Shown: piece after piece, positions 49,601 through 55,583 of the stretch
How the letters are laid out: each line of letters begins with the position of its first letter
Numbering within the stretch: position 1 is the first letter of the stretch
Source: a virus
Lineage: Duplodnaviria; Caudoviricetes
IMG/VR virus record: IMGVR_UViG_2933705211_000004
Location: 5,884 to 69,883 of that record
Length of the DNA: 64,000 nucleotides
Direction: 5' to 3' (one strand)
Program-made: the position numbers and the translations under genes
Notes under the pieces: model-generated
The model's input: the letters and a program-made list of their open reading frames with translations, nothing else
What the model was told of the DNA's origin: nothing
Database searches by the model: none

Positions 49601-51009
49601 CGCGCGGCGGTCCACTCCTGGTGGTAGTCGCGCCCCTCCGCGGACCGCCAACTGGCCCGCCCCTCAGCGAACTTGGGGTCGGAGAAGTCGAGGGCGTTGC
49701 CGTCCTTGTCCTTGAGGGTGCCGACAATGTGCTCCGCGAAGGCCTTGGCGTCTGCCTGCCGGTCGAACCACCACGGCATCCGCTGGCCGCTGCCCGTGGC
49801 GTACAAGTACCAGTCGCCCTCGACCTTGCGAGCGACGAACTGGCCCTCGCCGACGAGCTTGAGGCGCGAGTCTTTGACCAGGGAGTCAAGGTCGCGGGCG
49901 GTGCGCCGGTCCGGCTCGTTGGAGGAGCCACGAAGGCCGTCGGCCCGCTGCGTCCAGTTGTCGCGAGCCTGCTGGAGAGTGGTGAACCGGCCGCGCGGCT
50001 GGGGACGCTGGGGCGTGGGAGCCGCCGGAGCGCTCGTGTCAGCATCGGCACGGAAGTCCCGGACGGCCCGCCGGATCGCCTGCTCGGGGCCCTCGCCCTT
50101 GATGGAGCGCCACGTCGGCGCCCACTTCGCCATGTCCGGGTCGGAGAAGTCGAAGGGCTCGTTGAATTCGCCCGGCATGATGTGCCCGTTGCGGACGTTG
50201 TCCTGAACGTACTCGCCCACGGCCGCGGCCTCGGCACGGGTGGCGAAGTCGCCGACGCCGAGATAGCCGCCCGTTCCCGTCGAGGTGAGGTACCAGCGGC
50301 CGTTGGAGTCGTCCCGTGTGGTGACCAGGCCGCCCGTTGGCGTGATCTGCAGATCCTCATCTCCGGCCAGGCGCCGCAGCGCCGGAGCGTTTACGCCGGG
50401 CTGCTGGGCCAGGCTGAGGAAGTGGCGGCGTACCGCTGCGGTGTCCTCGAACCGGGCCCCGCTCTTGGCCTTGTGGTTCGGGAGCGCCCCGGTGGCGACC
50501 TCGTGGTGCCCGTCTTCGGGCTCGTCCTGGTCGTCGCTGTTGTCCGGGCCGTTCCCGTCGTCGGCGCCGATGTCGGTGCCTTCGTCGTCGACGGTGTGCG
50601 GCTTGTCGGGGGTGGCGGGGTCACCGTGGTCGTCGCGGGACAGGCCGAGGCCACGCCGATCGTCCGTGCCACGGCGGGCGTCCTCGGCCTCCACCTTGCT
50701 CTGGTTCTTTGTGGGGGCGCTGCCGTCAGGGCGCGCCACCATGGTGATCCACCGGGCATTGGTGCTGTGGCGGCGTCCCGTGAACGTGCCGTCGGACGCC
50801 TGGTCCTGAACGAGTACGCGGTCTCGCGGGAGCGCGCGCACGACCCGGGCGAGCTTGCCCGACCACAACCTCGCAACTCCACCGGTCTCAATGAACCGGC
50901 CCTTGCTGTCCCTCGGGTGCAGGGCAGGATTCCACGGCTGTCGTACGGACTTGGTCTCAAGCGCGCGACTCAGGCTCAGGCCGACCGGGGAGGCGGTGCG
51001 ATTCAGCAT
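34615..51009 (-). CDS. giant polyvalent protein: N6-adenine methyltransferase + SNF2 helicase (DarB-like), 5464 aa
   Basis: VLEAGSGSG, GNVPF, LAHEVGLGKT, DEAH, ATGTP, QRNGRILR. Start reassigned to ATG 51009 because ATG 51021 lies inside the promoter -10. Confidence 0.9.
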   Translation of the reverse strand: MLNRTASPVGLSLSRALETKSVRQPWNPALHPRDSKGRFIETGGVARLWSGKLARVVRALPRDRVLVQDQASDGTFTGRRHSTNARWITMVARPDGSAPTKNQSKVEAEDARRGTDDRRGLGLSRDDHGDPATPDKPHTVDDEGTDIGADDGNGPDNSDDQDEPEDGHHEVATGALPNHKAKSGARFEDTAAVRRHFLSLAQQPGVNAPALRRLAGDEDLQITPTGGLVTTRDDSNGRWYLTSTGTGGYLGVGDFATRAEAAAVGEYVQDNVRNGHIMPGEFNEPFDFSDPDMAKWAPTWRSIKGEGPEQAIRRAVRDFRADADTSAPAAPTPQRPQPRGRFTTLQQARDNWTQRADGLRGSSNEPDRRTARDLDSLVKDSRLKLVGEGQFVARKVEGDWYLYATGSGQRMPWWFDRQADAKAFAEHIVGTLKDKDGNALDFSDPKFAEGRASWRSAEGRDYHQEWTAARALWDQEHPPKHSIATARLAETLRRRPFGDDEATSPQTDTAEHPAPSTDSSTPSDSAVPDGAPEDDGGQPDEAPAPAPDGRPAGVPEDAEPVDGVDGYWATSWNPGPVTVYGPDSTRIASVVGGYNDRHATVDGVHITIGNNLNIADQIIARHHLATADPAQADHVHLAWTTHKGKRIIAVRGTIKNDARDDRAVSAAGRLAWSPILKARVTGTQWKPETRDRKAADIVAAFVRQGRNVRFTDEDSSTSTPRREQLDEDAKTLRAMSDADLREHRDNLKIHAQVATTPARRQKARASLQKVEAELDRRRIASRSDDAGDGGQDSESSPAERAAALSDAELHGAIVESQRERGTYGSRQGDLLTDDEQALYEDRRRRTNERIDRSRTPSDLGDAELTALAKELEDRRQGHQVSANHLPESGDDNPERALAGQLAERLEDVKAEQEIRQLRDIEQRPAVQELDDEALESEFLRLPVKLRQLGKEQNEILSARRSAVYEEREDRKASVYRNRPETDGLSDEALTDEFRDLFKNQHQARGREREALDERLKALFDEQNRRGAEGREQKVGRADAPEDPLRSGYGSSIKVDGNDYGKVSYRTHDSPYGGGEKAGWNAQRQRFGGILGAFPSMTEALAAIVDSYDSDPATESVRHYGSVRRVWVPKMFVELYKSSRRADSFNSATPERRALYDLFKGHSYGWSDGTNPITGKIGKGANLEVPEGLLAEFQRVTEDLSREMMLRSSDRDLDSSDRSWAKARLASINAALHTIDAQRTAVRKDGGDDDRKVISRQEIEAQQAALRAALGTDEGADGEHLQPGGQGPLDEVPAAGAGGDDRPGGVLPEQGQGDRDGDPGGRGSAGADGADRGGVRVEGGPDQADQGGRDRDGAAGSAARTGAADRADADAQSGDAGSAGDEGRGVRHVARFRPDLADAATKGPILRASANVEAIRVLKRLERDNRPATDQEKRTLARWTGWGSVPIMFAAEPNEKEPRYQQGGARYGKFTQDHARWAEYRDLRTMLSDELTPLEWRQASRGTLSMHYTPQPIAEAMWDGLRELGFEHGDVLEAGSGSGTFFGAAPDGARLTGVELDPTSARIARAIYPDANVLNENFAETDAHPGTFDASIGNVPFASVPFGDKRYPAESLHNGFITKELALTRPGGITLLITSRHTLDSKGDKARKQIAKYGDLIGAVRLPSGVFNDAGTSVVTDVLVLRRRADGEEPGDTKWLNAPERKIGDVREHVNAYFTEHPEHILGDLTTESSPYGPRLTVRGNPANAADQLRDALHEIAAQSVADGNGYEPHPDGDNRAPVLLQTAREKHATDWTGRLYEGDDGKLYQHVNGGNPVLVEPSDGRTEQLRSLMQLRDVAAELRALDRKNDEDERAEKLRAQLRDLHTAYVNTYGPLSKPGQFRSMKTGTRPDGTEERTPTAYGAFRSDPDAGSVLALERWDADKGEPVLSRVFTERAAARRQPLSRTEDPKTALAAVVAATGEVDLGEISRLLDMDPQDAVRALGTEVFTDPSTGRLELAGAYLSGPVRDKLAAARRAAEQDPAFAVNVAALEAVQPTERTIGEFTPEMGAHWTPPELLQNFLREYLGDRTLRVAHDDRYGWMLYTGKVPQANNVLYGVAADEAKGTRGKSAVEIARAILGHGSLTIHHDDKRKHVDEETSRLVRQKADQMRSEFAKYATANAERLTRLTDSYNQVMNGHVVRSYDGMSPSLDGITPERTPHAWQLSGAARMQFERSVVLAHEVGLGKTSTLVMGTQALKASGQIEKPFAVVPDHLAQQWYDEARFLYPNADIHLITSADLADGRRDSTLEWLRANKSDLVIFTEPAFGSIKMSPEAQDDYEFRVLEDLREQLDRQYEDADNPNHPFIVAKIEQRIATLQNRLSKNAAPMRTPGQSYWDDLGFDYAVVDEAHRYKRVGFRSKEGGGDPATLRGIDLHQKLTDLHRRRAGRATVTLATGTPLSNSITEQYTMLALAAPWVLDSYKAGAPDLWAATFGRKTLRIENAPDGSGLRVVERFAEFHNRRAMKTMWGLVADTKRADDVGIPRPRVKDGGPNLILVDSTKDQAKRLKTLVGRGRAIHIGEPQQIRNRKGNLVDDNMLTVSNEGTSVALDPRLVDPKASAGNKLGAVAAKHVERYHRHKDRVYKTYYGSDEDHPVTGALQMIFLNEGVPGGDNRGSFDAYAELRDLMVQGGIPAEKIAFVQDHKKSGKPEELAELFRRARDGDIAVLIGSSSIAGTGMNAQNRMVSLTHVDLDWGAAQMEQRNGRILRYGNQNPEVEIDIFATKGSLDGWKAGFVASKAEGLIDIQRPEMADSDTRDTVTELDVDYPDYETMEAEIGGNPYMSQLMKARRTLRDLEIDQHNEAAERVRRTEALADLQQELTDTHDGITRRDQALPRIRNVRDTFAMSLGSLSYNERSDAAAALHRQVTTQLLEHDRDGIGPWKILGQFGGLDIGVRTERRPDGALVAHVGFPDLARSDFERGPDDLRKKGAGSSLITRLANALEKADALQQADRARLPELDEQIALLQSSQAAADLTPQIEHARARANLLDDVVGRVAELDKLPEIDEDDLDKKLTKAQRKEIVEKRRAARVPLQGAVDNSVLTLEDFDREHPEPERPEHPEQSEADRDRLPAGEVSRTLDGLRTDDAPADETPFARNTAAGDGGNDGGQDLPPISTPPGDDGEDTPAEQRRTPSQEPNSPDTDSTAADDGTVTLDRDEVAQQLDAIRPEGTRAPSAMTDQEIADEIVALVEREMADGELTGLDRTRMTVLEAEKDRRAGRTPKPAPKPEPAAPEGGLFDVDEPQAPTPQIADPDNPLDRPDDVFGTPDMFADHEGRDTSDLRPVQMRNPADLEAGDRYTDADGRTRTIAEPPRLTGRGRVRIVTDDGQERYYNRDAELRLRYPDEEIVDNEQSGDGEQARDRTDPVDDATAPVPDASAPVDEGEPSRQDGDRTTSPDGETAAPEDAPESERPARSEPDEEQPRDERRRRDQDTNGAGPDGTPGTGPDGAQSPGTPEGPAEPRPGDAGTDSRDDENDRRRRRRRGGRGNGAGPGGLGGSGLPTGGLPNLPDLSNRTGNDDAADRGAPDGAARPEHPRTVEELRDVWRRGAGLTTEENTAERREFLAQLADNPTVTLSSGGGLVTWSDPDAPDQWRFAQSRNGGRLGKITFAARDADEARELADRFEQITDADGQPLDWHQPLSPDTIARWRDRNGRPLPQALHAARDAFQQDHESPAPAPESTDTPEAAPKLTALPDDLTAMSDHDLAAAWGQGLSEGDQMRVMAEMDRRDNADQRVRDAIPATAPTSAEEVRQRGEAMDAALGFGDTDVTRRPLSREERLQREFQEADEARYAAALDATNGYFFSRNSRRLPPVGERDLFSGGSLSRFGRWRDYASEELLEWFDDNGGRLTYNQFKQQRRADERVERDRHEEAQRQNAGASDMVAGEGAPAPDTVADPEPGNSVSPGPAPELAPAPAPAPAPAAYDPATPRFANLNAVREHLRNGQLDPSSLDEGSRTRPPSPAEQREIADDKHTRLSRGGRLLVHGNRSARHGEENNRRFTVATPGGLLPLLQAHGDGLGTLKDALHAANTLEAEVRDADGNPFPWDAPDAMERARTFRGPDGESLAETMARVLAQNPSREGQWRFDAARADEHRTWRQEADAWHQQQEADGYTVLANPAELQAGDEVSFPLAVDPAHSLRGGAHPLGTARGTITDDQSRVWSPTGMQALASRDYYRYPADITWTGPDGQTDSPHDARLELGVVRRKPRPGEHSGNSRDNDQNARSGGRPDSNAPQAPAPSDATTVRPAGEAAPDQDALRRQRPAAEPEPIGGQPAHWASVDQLQPGDMARIDGTNQRGRAVTRAGYVLDSPQRVTVTRRGRTGDMWRTTIGENPDGQSGARGVVYTPLHASAARAEAPKAPAPGAPASGAQGAVASGALPDTIATDARGRGLFPGTAVTGNGDRAGTVTGVTDATVSVRWADGDTDNNVAPSSLNISESTGARPEGWTTTGQRIRPGHVVADDRGALLGPVDETDGDRITVTTADGTVTRSAADLRVVGEVRDDTPATAPITGISQPTADEVTTGDIIVLDLDGTPATVEIRDTNRDSDRITFDYADTTTGELGTIDMDATAVVHKAEGPNGEAPDLGPDDAPSAADDLTVHQPLPALDPVTGPTVDPDLTPADRDAIADNGTTPEDTPEAQQAAARLGADLPVTPDQAAALAAQLRANADPSTPQGRAALRAADHLDLAAGRTAPEGLDRPRPSNAAQISEGDVIAMPDERRGDEVHVYRVLDVEEGPGGVRRLLLEDENRQWKRRLVHAAMPVWQLPEPAPVSTDSTVPDSAPAPAPRDPNSPIASVRRQIVSNHSRTVAVRIIDEAVAGTEPPGEIHALRDQIAQRLTPEALHDARNAARQEGNAALTAAGITGRDRASVQQALRRAREKAHERTVRAALRTVNDLEPLPGESNEDLAQRAADLLRLIPDQADPSSSSRRRSAPDIHGSDDATTHVNNAVTSLLRQLGETGTDPADTAALTRLLAAQLNGTRQATAQRIVRRAAATAPGNGPQPGFLAQAIALLGSIGRRLIELVKAVGRKIAELWHNSRDRISRLKAFLRRLVRRVRDWPESRRLARLNAALDLPDVEGESLAARVSQWAGLLPERGRFGQASRRVSWWRPTTWTQLAAGRLPGRSSETRWIPDRAADGGPGLTALRHMAALRSVGADVDREVTRRLADTLGDDFGHDPHGTLQHADDYMAATERRLLNLQAARTTSTIQDPDVEVEIAAARMEASAARREWEELRSRYAAAVPDAVAAALAGIRDLGPQGNAGIVFSPDTTPDAERAVPGAQRLIPRDWLATPDGRRLTAVDGDEARYEPDARRATIADLDDEGLGTAGYVLGQHLAGHLPDLDAAQRVFWFTRTHTGRPGARTLDDSALGRLLHQHRQLTQTDTGDSLARSLQAMFTGDWYEDDDLRAFLLGLLATR
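46845..47183 (-). CDS. TnpV-like protein nested out of frame in the giant ORF
   Basis: GAAGGGG RBS; YSQVARDHWTKYRP...DPEAFF..G...EY..RAG.I..IRA.A...VL.DLLP; GC3-rich in this frame. Confidence 0.75.
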   Translation of the reverse strand: MVSIYSQVARDHWTKYRPLELAEMTDPEAFFLNKGREIETAILVAEEALEQTVPTAAEYESRAGQIKQIRADATAMVLRDLLPEPEPQTEQTQTLSPEMRDLQAMKDAVYDM

Positions 51010-51016
51010 GGCGCGG

Positions 51017-51046
51017 ACCATGCAGGCCGCACGTGGTTAAGGTCGC
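51017..51046 (-). promoter_or_regulatory. late promoter motif (giant gene, leaderless)
   Basis: GCGACCT-N17-CATGGT, 7 nt before ATG 51009. Confidence 0.7.
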
Positions 51047-51116
51047 GCGCTGAAGTCCTGGACCATCCCGGCCGAGATCATTCTTGCTGAACCGTGCAGG
51101 CCGTTCGGTTCGTCAG

Positions 51117-53594
51117 CTACATCGTCTCGGCCGTCTCCTTGGCGACGGGGCCGGTGCGGTAGTGCAGGCGGCAGCGGCAGTTGATGGTGAGAGCGAGGGG
51201 GGCGAACGGGTCGCCGGGGTAACGCAGAGTGGCACCGTCAGCGGTGAAGGGGCTACCGACAGGCAGGGTGGTGCCATTCATGGCGCGGTGGGCGGCCCGT
51301 ACGCGGTCGTCGCCGCGGGTGATCCAGGTGCGCAGCACCCCATGGCCTGAGTGTTCGGCAGCGGCGTCGGTTGCCCCGTTGACGGTGGCCACGGCGCAGG
51401 ACTCGGCGAGGCCTGCCACCAGACCGGGTGTGGTGGCACGGTAGAACTCGGCGACTGCGGTGGCGAGTTCGTCGATGGTGGCTTCCTCGTGCTGGGCGTC
51501 GTCGAGGGCCTGAGCAAGGTCAGTGAGCAGCGCGCTGATCGATTGCCCGGCCATGGCTGCGGCTGCCGCCGCGGCGCCGGCCGCAACTGGGGGGACAGTG
51601 CGCTGTCCAGTCAGCGCCGCACTGGCGGTGGAGGCGGTGGTGGCCGAGGTGTGCTGAAGGATCGGGATCAGAGTGCTGGTGGCTTCCTCGGCCCAACGCG
51701 AGGCCCCAACCACGCGTTGAACGTCAATCAGGGCGTCCCCGCGGCGCAGGTCCTGCTCCCCGTCCGGTTCCCAGTAGCGGGTGTGCTTACGGGTCTTGGG
51801 GGCATGAAGACGGGCGATGACGACTCCTTCCTGCCGGGCCAGGAGCGCGGTGAGCGCGGCAGTGACCGCGACGGTCGCTGTATCAAAGTCGCTGTCGGTG
51901 ACCTCGTAGCCGCCGGAATCCTCGGGGCCGGGAAGAGCCTTGTGTTCAGGGGAGCGCGCCGACTCCACGTCGGCGGCGGCATCACCCGGCCTTGTCTGCG
52001 CCGCCGTGGTGCTCGCGCGGGCGGCGGTCACGTCATCAGCGGCATCGCCGGGCAGGGCCAGCGGAATGCCGTCCCGTGCCTGCGCAACGACAGCGGCGGC
52101 CGAGCCGCCCTCGGTACCCAAGTCGTCTCGGGCTTCGGCGACATCGGCGACCGCACTGCCGGTGGCGGGGCTCTCGTGGGCCGCTGCGACTGTCTCGGCC
52201 GCCGTACCCTCGTTCGTTGTGGTTGCAGCAGCGAGGGCAGCTGGCTGTCCGCCAGGCATTCCGGGCAGCGCGCCCGCAGCCGGGTCCTGGGCAACACCGA
52301 GCGCGGCCGCGTCCTGCTCGTTCGCGGGGACGGGAGCCTTCTGGGGGCTGATCCACAGGGCGCGGGTGTGGGGGACGTTGAAAGGCCGCCGCCCGGCAAT
52401 CTCGCGGTACTCGTCCACGGTGATCAGCCCGGCGTTCCACTCGGCGCGGGCTTCCTCGCGCCGCTGACGGCGCGGATACTCCAGAGCCTCAACGGGGGAG
52501 GTGTTGAAGCGCACCGTCCAGCCGTCGTCCAAGTCCAGGTCGAACCCGGAGGCGATCAACGCCAAGTGCGGCAGTTCGGTGTGCTGCCAGAAATTCCATT
52601 CCTCGCGGTCGGCATTCGCGTACGTCCGCTCGCTGGCGTTCCCGATGATGGATTCCGCAACGCCGAAAGCAGCGAGGATCTCGTCCTTGGCGGTCTTCGA
52701 CGTCGTCTCGTAGGCCATGTCGCGCGGCCGCGTACTGGTGTCGACATAGTTGAGGCCGCCCGGACCGCTGCCGATCACAACGGTTTCACCGGCATGCTGC
52801 GCGCCGGGTGCAAACCGCTGCTGAATACGGTCTATCTCGCGCTGGTCGAGACCGTCGACGTCGATGCCAACGAGGCCGGACGGGCGCGCATCGTTGTCGA
52901 TGAACGAAATGTTGTACAGGCGCGACTTCACATCCAGATCGACGGACAGGCCCGCGGCCTCAAGCGGGGTGACCCCACTGAACGGATCGGTCGGGTGCGG
53001 GTCGCGCAGCCACACGACGCGGCTCGGCTCCAGTTCACGAACCCGGCCGTCGTAGGTGGTGAACTCGAAGTGGCTGAGATAGTCGCCGTGCGGATCAGGA
53101 ACCGGATTGACCCGATTGGGCGGCAGCAGGTCGAGGCGGGTGATCGTGCCCGCGCGGCTGCGAGTGATCTCGACGAACACGCCCTTTTTGGAGAGCAGGA
53201 GTTGAGCACTGAGCCGCTTCTTGAACACCGCCGCGGTCTCCAGCGGGTTCGCCCTCACATTCAGCACCCGCAGTAGCGGATGGTCGGTGAGGGTCTCCGC
53301 GAACTGCCGCTCATCACCGCCCCGTCCGATCTCGACCCGGAGCGCCCCCGGGTGCTTGGAGATCGCCTCCACGCTCTTGAACGTCCAGATGCTGCGCTCG
53401 TAGCCCTCGCTGATGACCCGGTCGAGGTCCCAGTTCTCGGCGCGACCCTCAGTGCCCCATGCCGTGGTGGTCTCCGCGAACGTCATGGAAACGTAGGAGT
53501 TGCCGGGCAGCCCGGCGGATTTGGTCTCGGGGGGAGGCGCGGTCGTCCGGGACTGGAGGAGGGTGCGGAGGCTGGGCAGGAACTGGCGCGGCAT
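51117..53594 (-). CDS. HK97-family portal protein fused to MuF (gpF-like) domain
   Basis: DPFSGVTPL, NDARPSG, ILAAFGV, TYANA, GLITVDEYRE; C-terminal WITRGDDRVRAAH...PGDP...INCRC. Confidence 0.9.
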   Translation of the reverse strand: MPRQFLPSLRTLLQSRTTAPPPETKSAGLPGNSYVSMTFAETTTAWGTEGRAENWDLDRVISEGYERSIWTFKSVEAISKHPGALRVEIGRGGDERQFAETLTDHPLLRVLNVRANPLETAAVFKKRLSAQLLLSKKGVFVEITRSRAGTITRLDLLPPNRVNPVPDPHGDYLSHFEFTTYDGRVRELEPSRVVWLRDPHPTDPFSGVTPLEAAGLSVDLDVKSRLYNISFIDNDARPSGLVGIDVDGLDQREIDRIQQRFAPGAQHAGETVVIGSGPGGLNYVDTSTRPRDMAYETTSKTAKDEILAAFGVAESIIGNASERTYANADREEWNFWQHTELPHLALIASGFDLDLDDGWTVRFNTSPVEALEYPRRQRREEARAEWNAGLITVDEYREIAGRRPFNVPHTRALWISPQKAPVPANEQDAAALGVAQDPAAGALPGMPGGQPAALAAATTTNEGTAAETVAAAHESPATGSAVADVAEARDDLGTEGGSAAAVVAQARDGIPLALPGDAADDVTAARASTTAAQTRPGDAAADVESARSPEHKALPGPEDSGGYEVTDSDFDTATVAVTAALTALLARQEGVVIARLHAPKTRKHTRYWEPDGEQDLRRGDALIDVQRVVGASRWAEEATSTLIPILQHTSATTASTASAALTGQRTVPPVAAGAAAAAAAMAGQSISALLTDLAQALDDAQHEEATIDELATAVAEFYRATTPGLVAGLAESCAVATVNGATDAAAEHSGHGVLRTWITRGDDRVRAAHRAMNGTTLPVGSPFTADGATLRYPGDPFAPLALTINCRCRLHYRTGPVAKETAETM

Positions 53595-53944
53595 CAGGCC
53601 CTGCCCTCACTGGTCAGCCATGCCCCGGCCGCGATCAGCGCGGAGGCGCAGGCGAGGTTCCCCAGCGGGTGCCAGAAGAGGAAGGCGCAGACGGTTAGAG
53701 ATACGTATCCGCCGATAGCGACAGTGGCTCCGACCCTGCGTTGAAGCTGTGTCGTCGAGGTGCCGGCGATGAGCCCTCCGGTGACGGCCACCCCCGCCAC
53801 GGCCGCCATCAGCGCGAGGACGAGGTGGACGACGCTCAGCTCAGCCAGCGTGAACAGCACGGCGAACGCGCCGACGGGGAGGAGCAGCAGGCCGACGAGT
53901 TCACGGGCTATCGCCCACTTGGAGGGCGGAGGCTGAGTAGTCAC
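53594..53944 (-). CDS. 4-TM membrane protein upstream of portal
   Basis: Hydrophobic; near-leaderless GTG after the promoter motif; stop overlaps portal ATG. Confidence 0.7.
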   Translation of the reverse strand: MTTQPPPSKWAIARELVGLLLLPVGAFAVLFTLAELSVVHLVLALMAAVAGVAVTGGLIAGTSTTQLQRRVGATVAIGGYVSLTVCAFLFWHPLGNLACASALIAAGAWLTSEGRA

Positions 53945-53950
53945 CGAAGC

Positions 53951-53980
53951 ACCGTGAACGGCACCTGGGGTTTGTGTCCC
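53951..53980 (-). promoter_or_regulatory. late promoter motif (membrane protein-portal)
   Basis: GGGACAC-N17-CACGGT. Confidence 0.65.
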
Positions 53981-53984
53981 GTCC

Positions 53985-54485
53985 TCAGCGGGGTCGCGAA
54001 ACCCCGGACACGTAAGCCGCGATGCCGCGGCGCTGGATCGTGCCGCCCCGGATGATCTTCGCCCCGGGCCCCGGTGCAGGAACCCGCCGCTTCGCCCTGA
54101 CGGACTGGTCTCCGCCGATGAGATGCCTGTTGTCGACCTTCTCAGCGCAGTCCCGGCCCTTGACCTCGTCATACGGGCGCCGGCAGCCCTTGCAGTACAC
54201 CTCCAGAGCATCAACGCGCTGTCCGGCCGTGGCCTTGAAGCTGCCGCGGAAGTCAGCGATGCCAGCGACCCGTTGCGCTACCTGGATCTCCGCGGCGACG
54301 ACCCAGGTGTGTGAGAGGTCCTTGGGCGGCACGCCGGACTGAGCGGGCGGCAACGGCGGCGCTGTCTTCGTCTCCACCTTCCCCACCGGGGCTTGTGACG
54401 CCGGAGCGGGCGTCGACGGGAACAACGATTCCTGCCAGAAAGCTCGTCCCGCTCCCGGTGAAAGGGGAGCAGTAGCAGTTGTCAC
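53985..54485 (-). CDS. hypothetical Cys/His (zinc-binding) protein
   Basis: GGAGG RBS; HTWV...YCKGCRRPY...C...HLIGG. Confidence 0.7.
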   Translation of the reverse strand: MTTATAPLSPGAGRAFWQESLFPSTPAPASQAPVGKVETKTAPPLPPAQSGVPPKDLSHTWVVAAEIQVAQRVAGIADFRGSFKATAGQRVDALEVYCKGCRRPYDEVKGRDCAEKVDNRHLIGGDQSVRAKRRVPAPGPGAKIIRGGTIQRRGIAAYVSGVSRPR

Positions 54486-54614
54486 CCATGCCTCCGCGCC
54501 ATGTCCCTGGTGGGGTTGACACAAAGGCCAACCCCTTTCACAGAGCATTACGTCGAGCAGCCGGGATCTGTTACACCCAGCCGACGGCCGACGGGGGATT
54601 TCCGGAGGCGAGTT

Positions 54615-54899
54615 CTACAGCGCACCCAGCTCGGTTTGAATCAAGGTGCGTGCCTCGTCTCCGTACACAGCACCACGAGCCAGCAGCTCGAAGGCCCGTT
54701 GGTAGGCGGTGACCTGCTGACGGTCGGTGTGGGTGGGGTTGTCGCCTAAGTTCTCAAGTTCGACTCGTTTGCCGTCGAAGATGCTGAACGAGTTGCCGGG
54801 ATAGATGTCGAGTTGGGTGCGGTCGGGGATCACGCCCATCTTGAGTCCTGGCAAGTCGAACGAGTCGCGCAGCCGCTCCAGTTGGGGCCGGTCACCCAC
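54615..54899 (-). pseudogene. C-terminal fragment of a DUF5753/Scr1-type regulator
   Basis: QLERL...GVIP...FSIFD...YQRAFELL...AVYGDEARTLI; N-terminal HTH missing. Confidence 0.6.
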
Positions 54900-54935
54900 T
54901 GTGAGGGTCGCGGGTTCCGGGAGGGGAACGCCCGC

Positions 54936-55583
54936 CTACTGCTGGGGGCTGCCCGGAGCGATCACTTCAACCTGCCCACCCCGCTCACCGATCCACGCCT
55001 CGAGTTCCGTGCCGGCCAGCTCTCGGGAGGATTCGCCACTGAAGAACGTGATCGGCCCGAAAACGGTGCCTGTCAGGCCACGCACCACCGTAGCGTCGTC
55101 GACTTTGACCCTGAAGCTGTTGTGGAACAAGACCGCGTCGGTCAGGTCCGCTCCCCTCAGATCGACGCGGAAGAGCGAAGCCCCCATGACCCTTGTTCCT
55201 CTGAAGCTCGCTCCCGACGCATCGACGCCGTGCAGCGAGGCCTTGACCATGTCGGCGCCGTCGAGCCGCGCCGAACGGAGCACGGCCTCGTCAAGATTCG
55301 CCCTGACGAGGTCGGCGCCGGTGAGATCCGCACCGGTGAGATCCGCTGACTGAAGGTCGGCGCGGTAGAAACTCGCTCCCGCTAGCCGCACACCCGCCAA
55401 GACCGCCTGGGTGAACCACGAGCTCGTGAAGTCTCCGCCCGACAGGTCCGCACCTCGGAAGTCGTGCTCGATGCCGAAAAGGCTGGAACCCTCCTCGGCC
55501 ATCCATTCCTGCAACTGGCGCGTCGCCTCAGGGTCAGTAGGGAGCGTCTTCGGCTCCCATTTCTTACGGGTACCAGATGACAT
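54936..55583 (-). CDS. pentapeptide-repeat protein, probable immunity protein
   Basis: A(D/N)Lxx repeats; overlaps the toxin 3' end. Confidence 0.85.
   Translation of the reverse strand: MSSGTRKKWEPKTLPTDPEATRQLQEWMAEEGSSLFGIEHDFRGADLSGGDFTSSWFTQAVLAGVRLAGASFYRADLQSADLTGADLTGADLVRANLDEAVLRSARLDGADMVKASLHGVDASGASFRGTRVMGASLFRVDLRGADLTDAVLFHNSFRVKVDDATVVRGLTGTVFGPITFFSGESSRELAGTELEAWIGERGGQVEVIAPGSPQQ

Noticed and set aside
51010-51021. ORF-track start of the giant gene at 51021 (and similar upstream extensions of several ORFs)
   Set aside because: That ATG lies inside the promoter -10 box; downstream starts fit RBS or leaderless geometry better.
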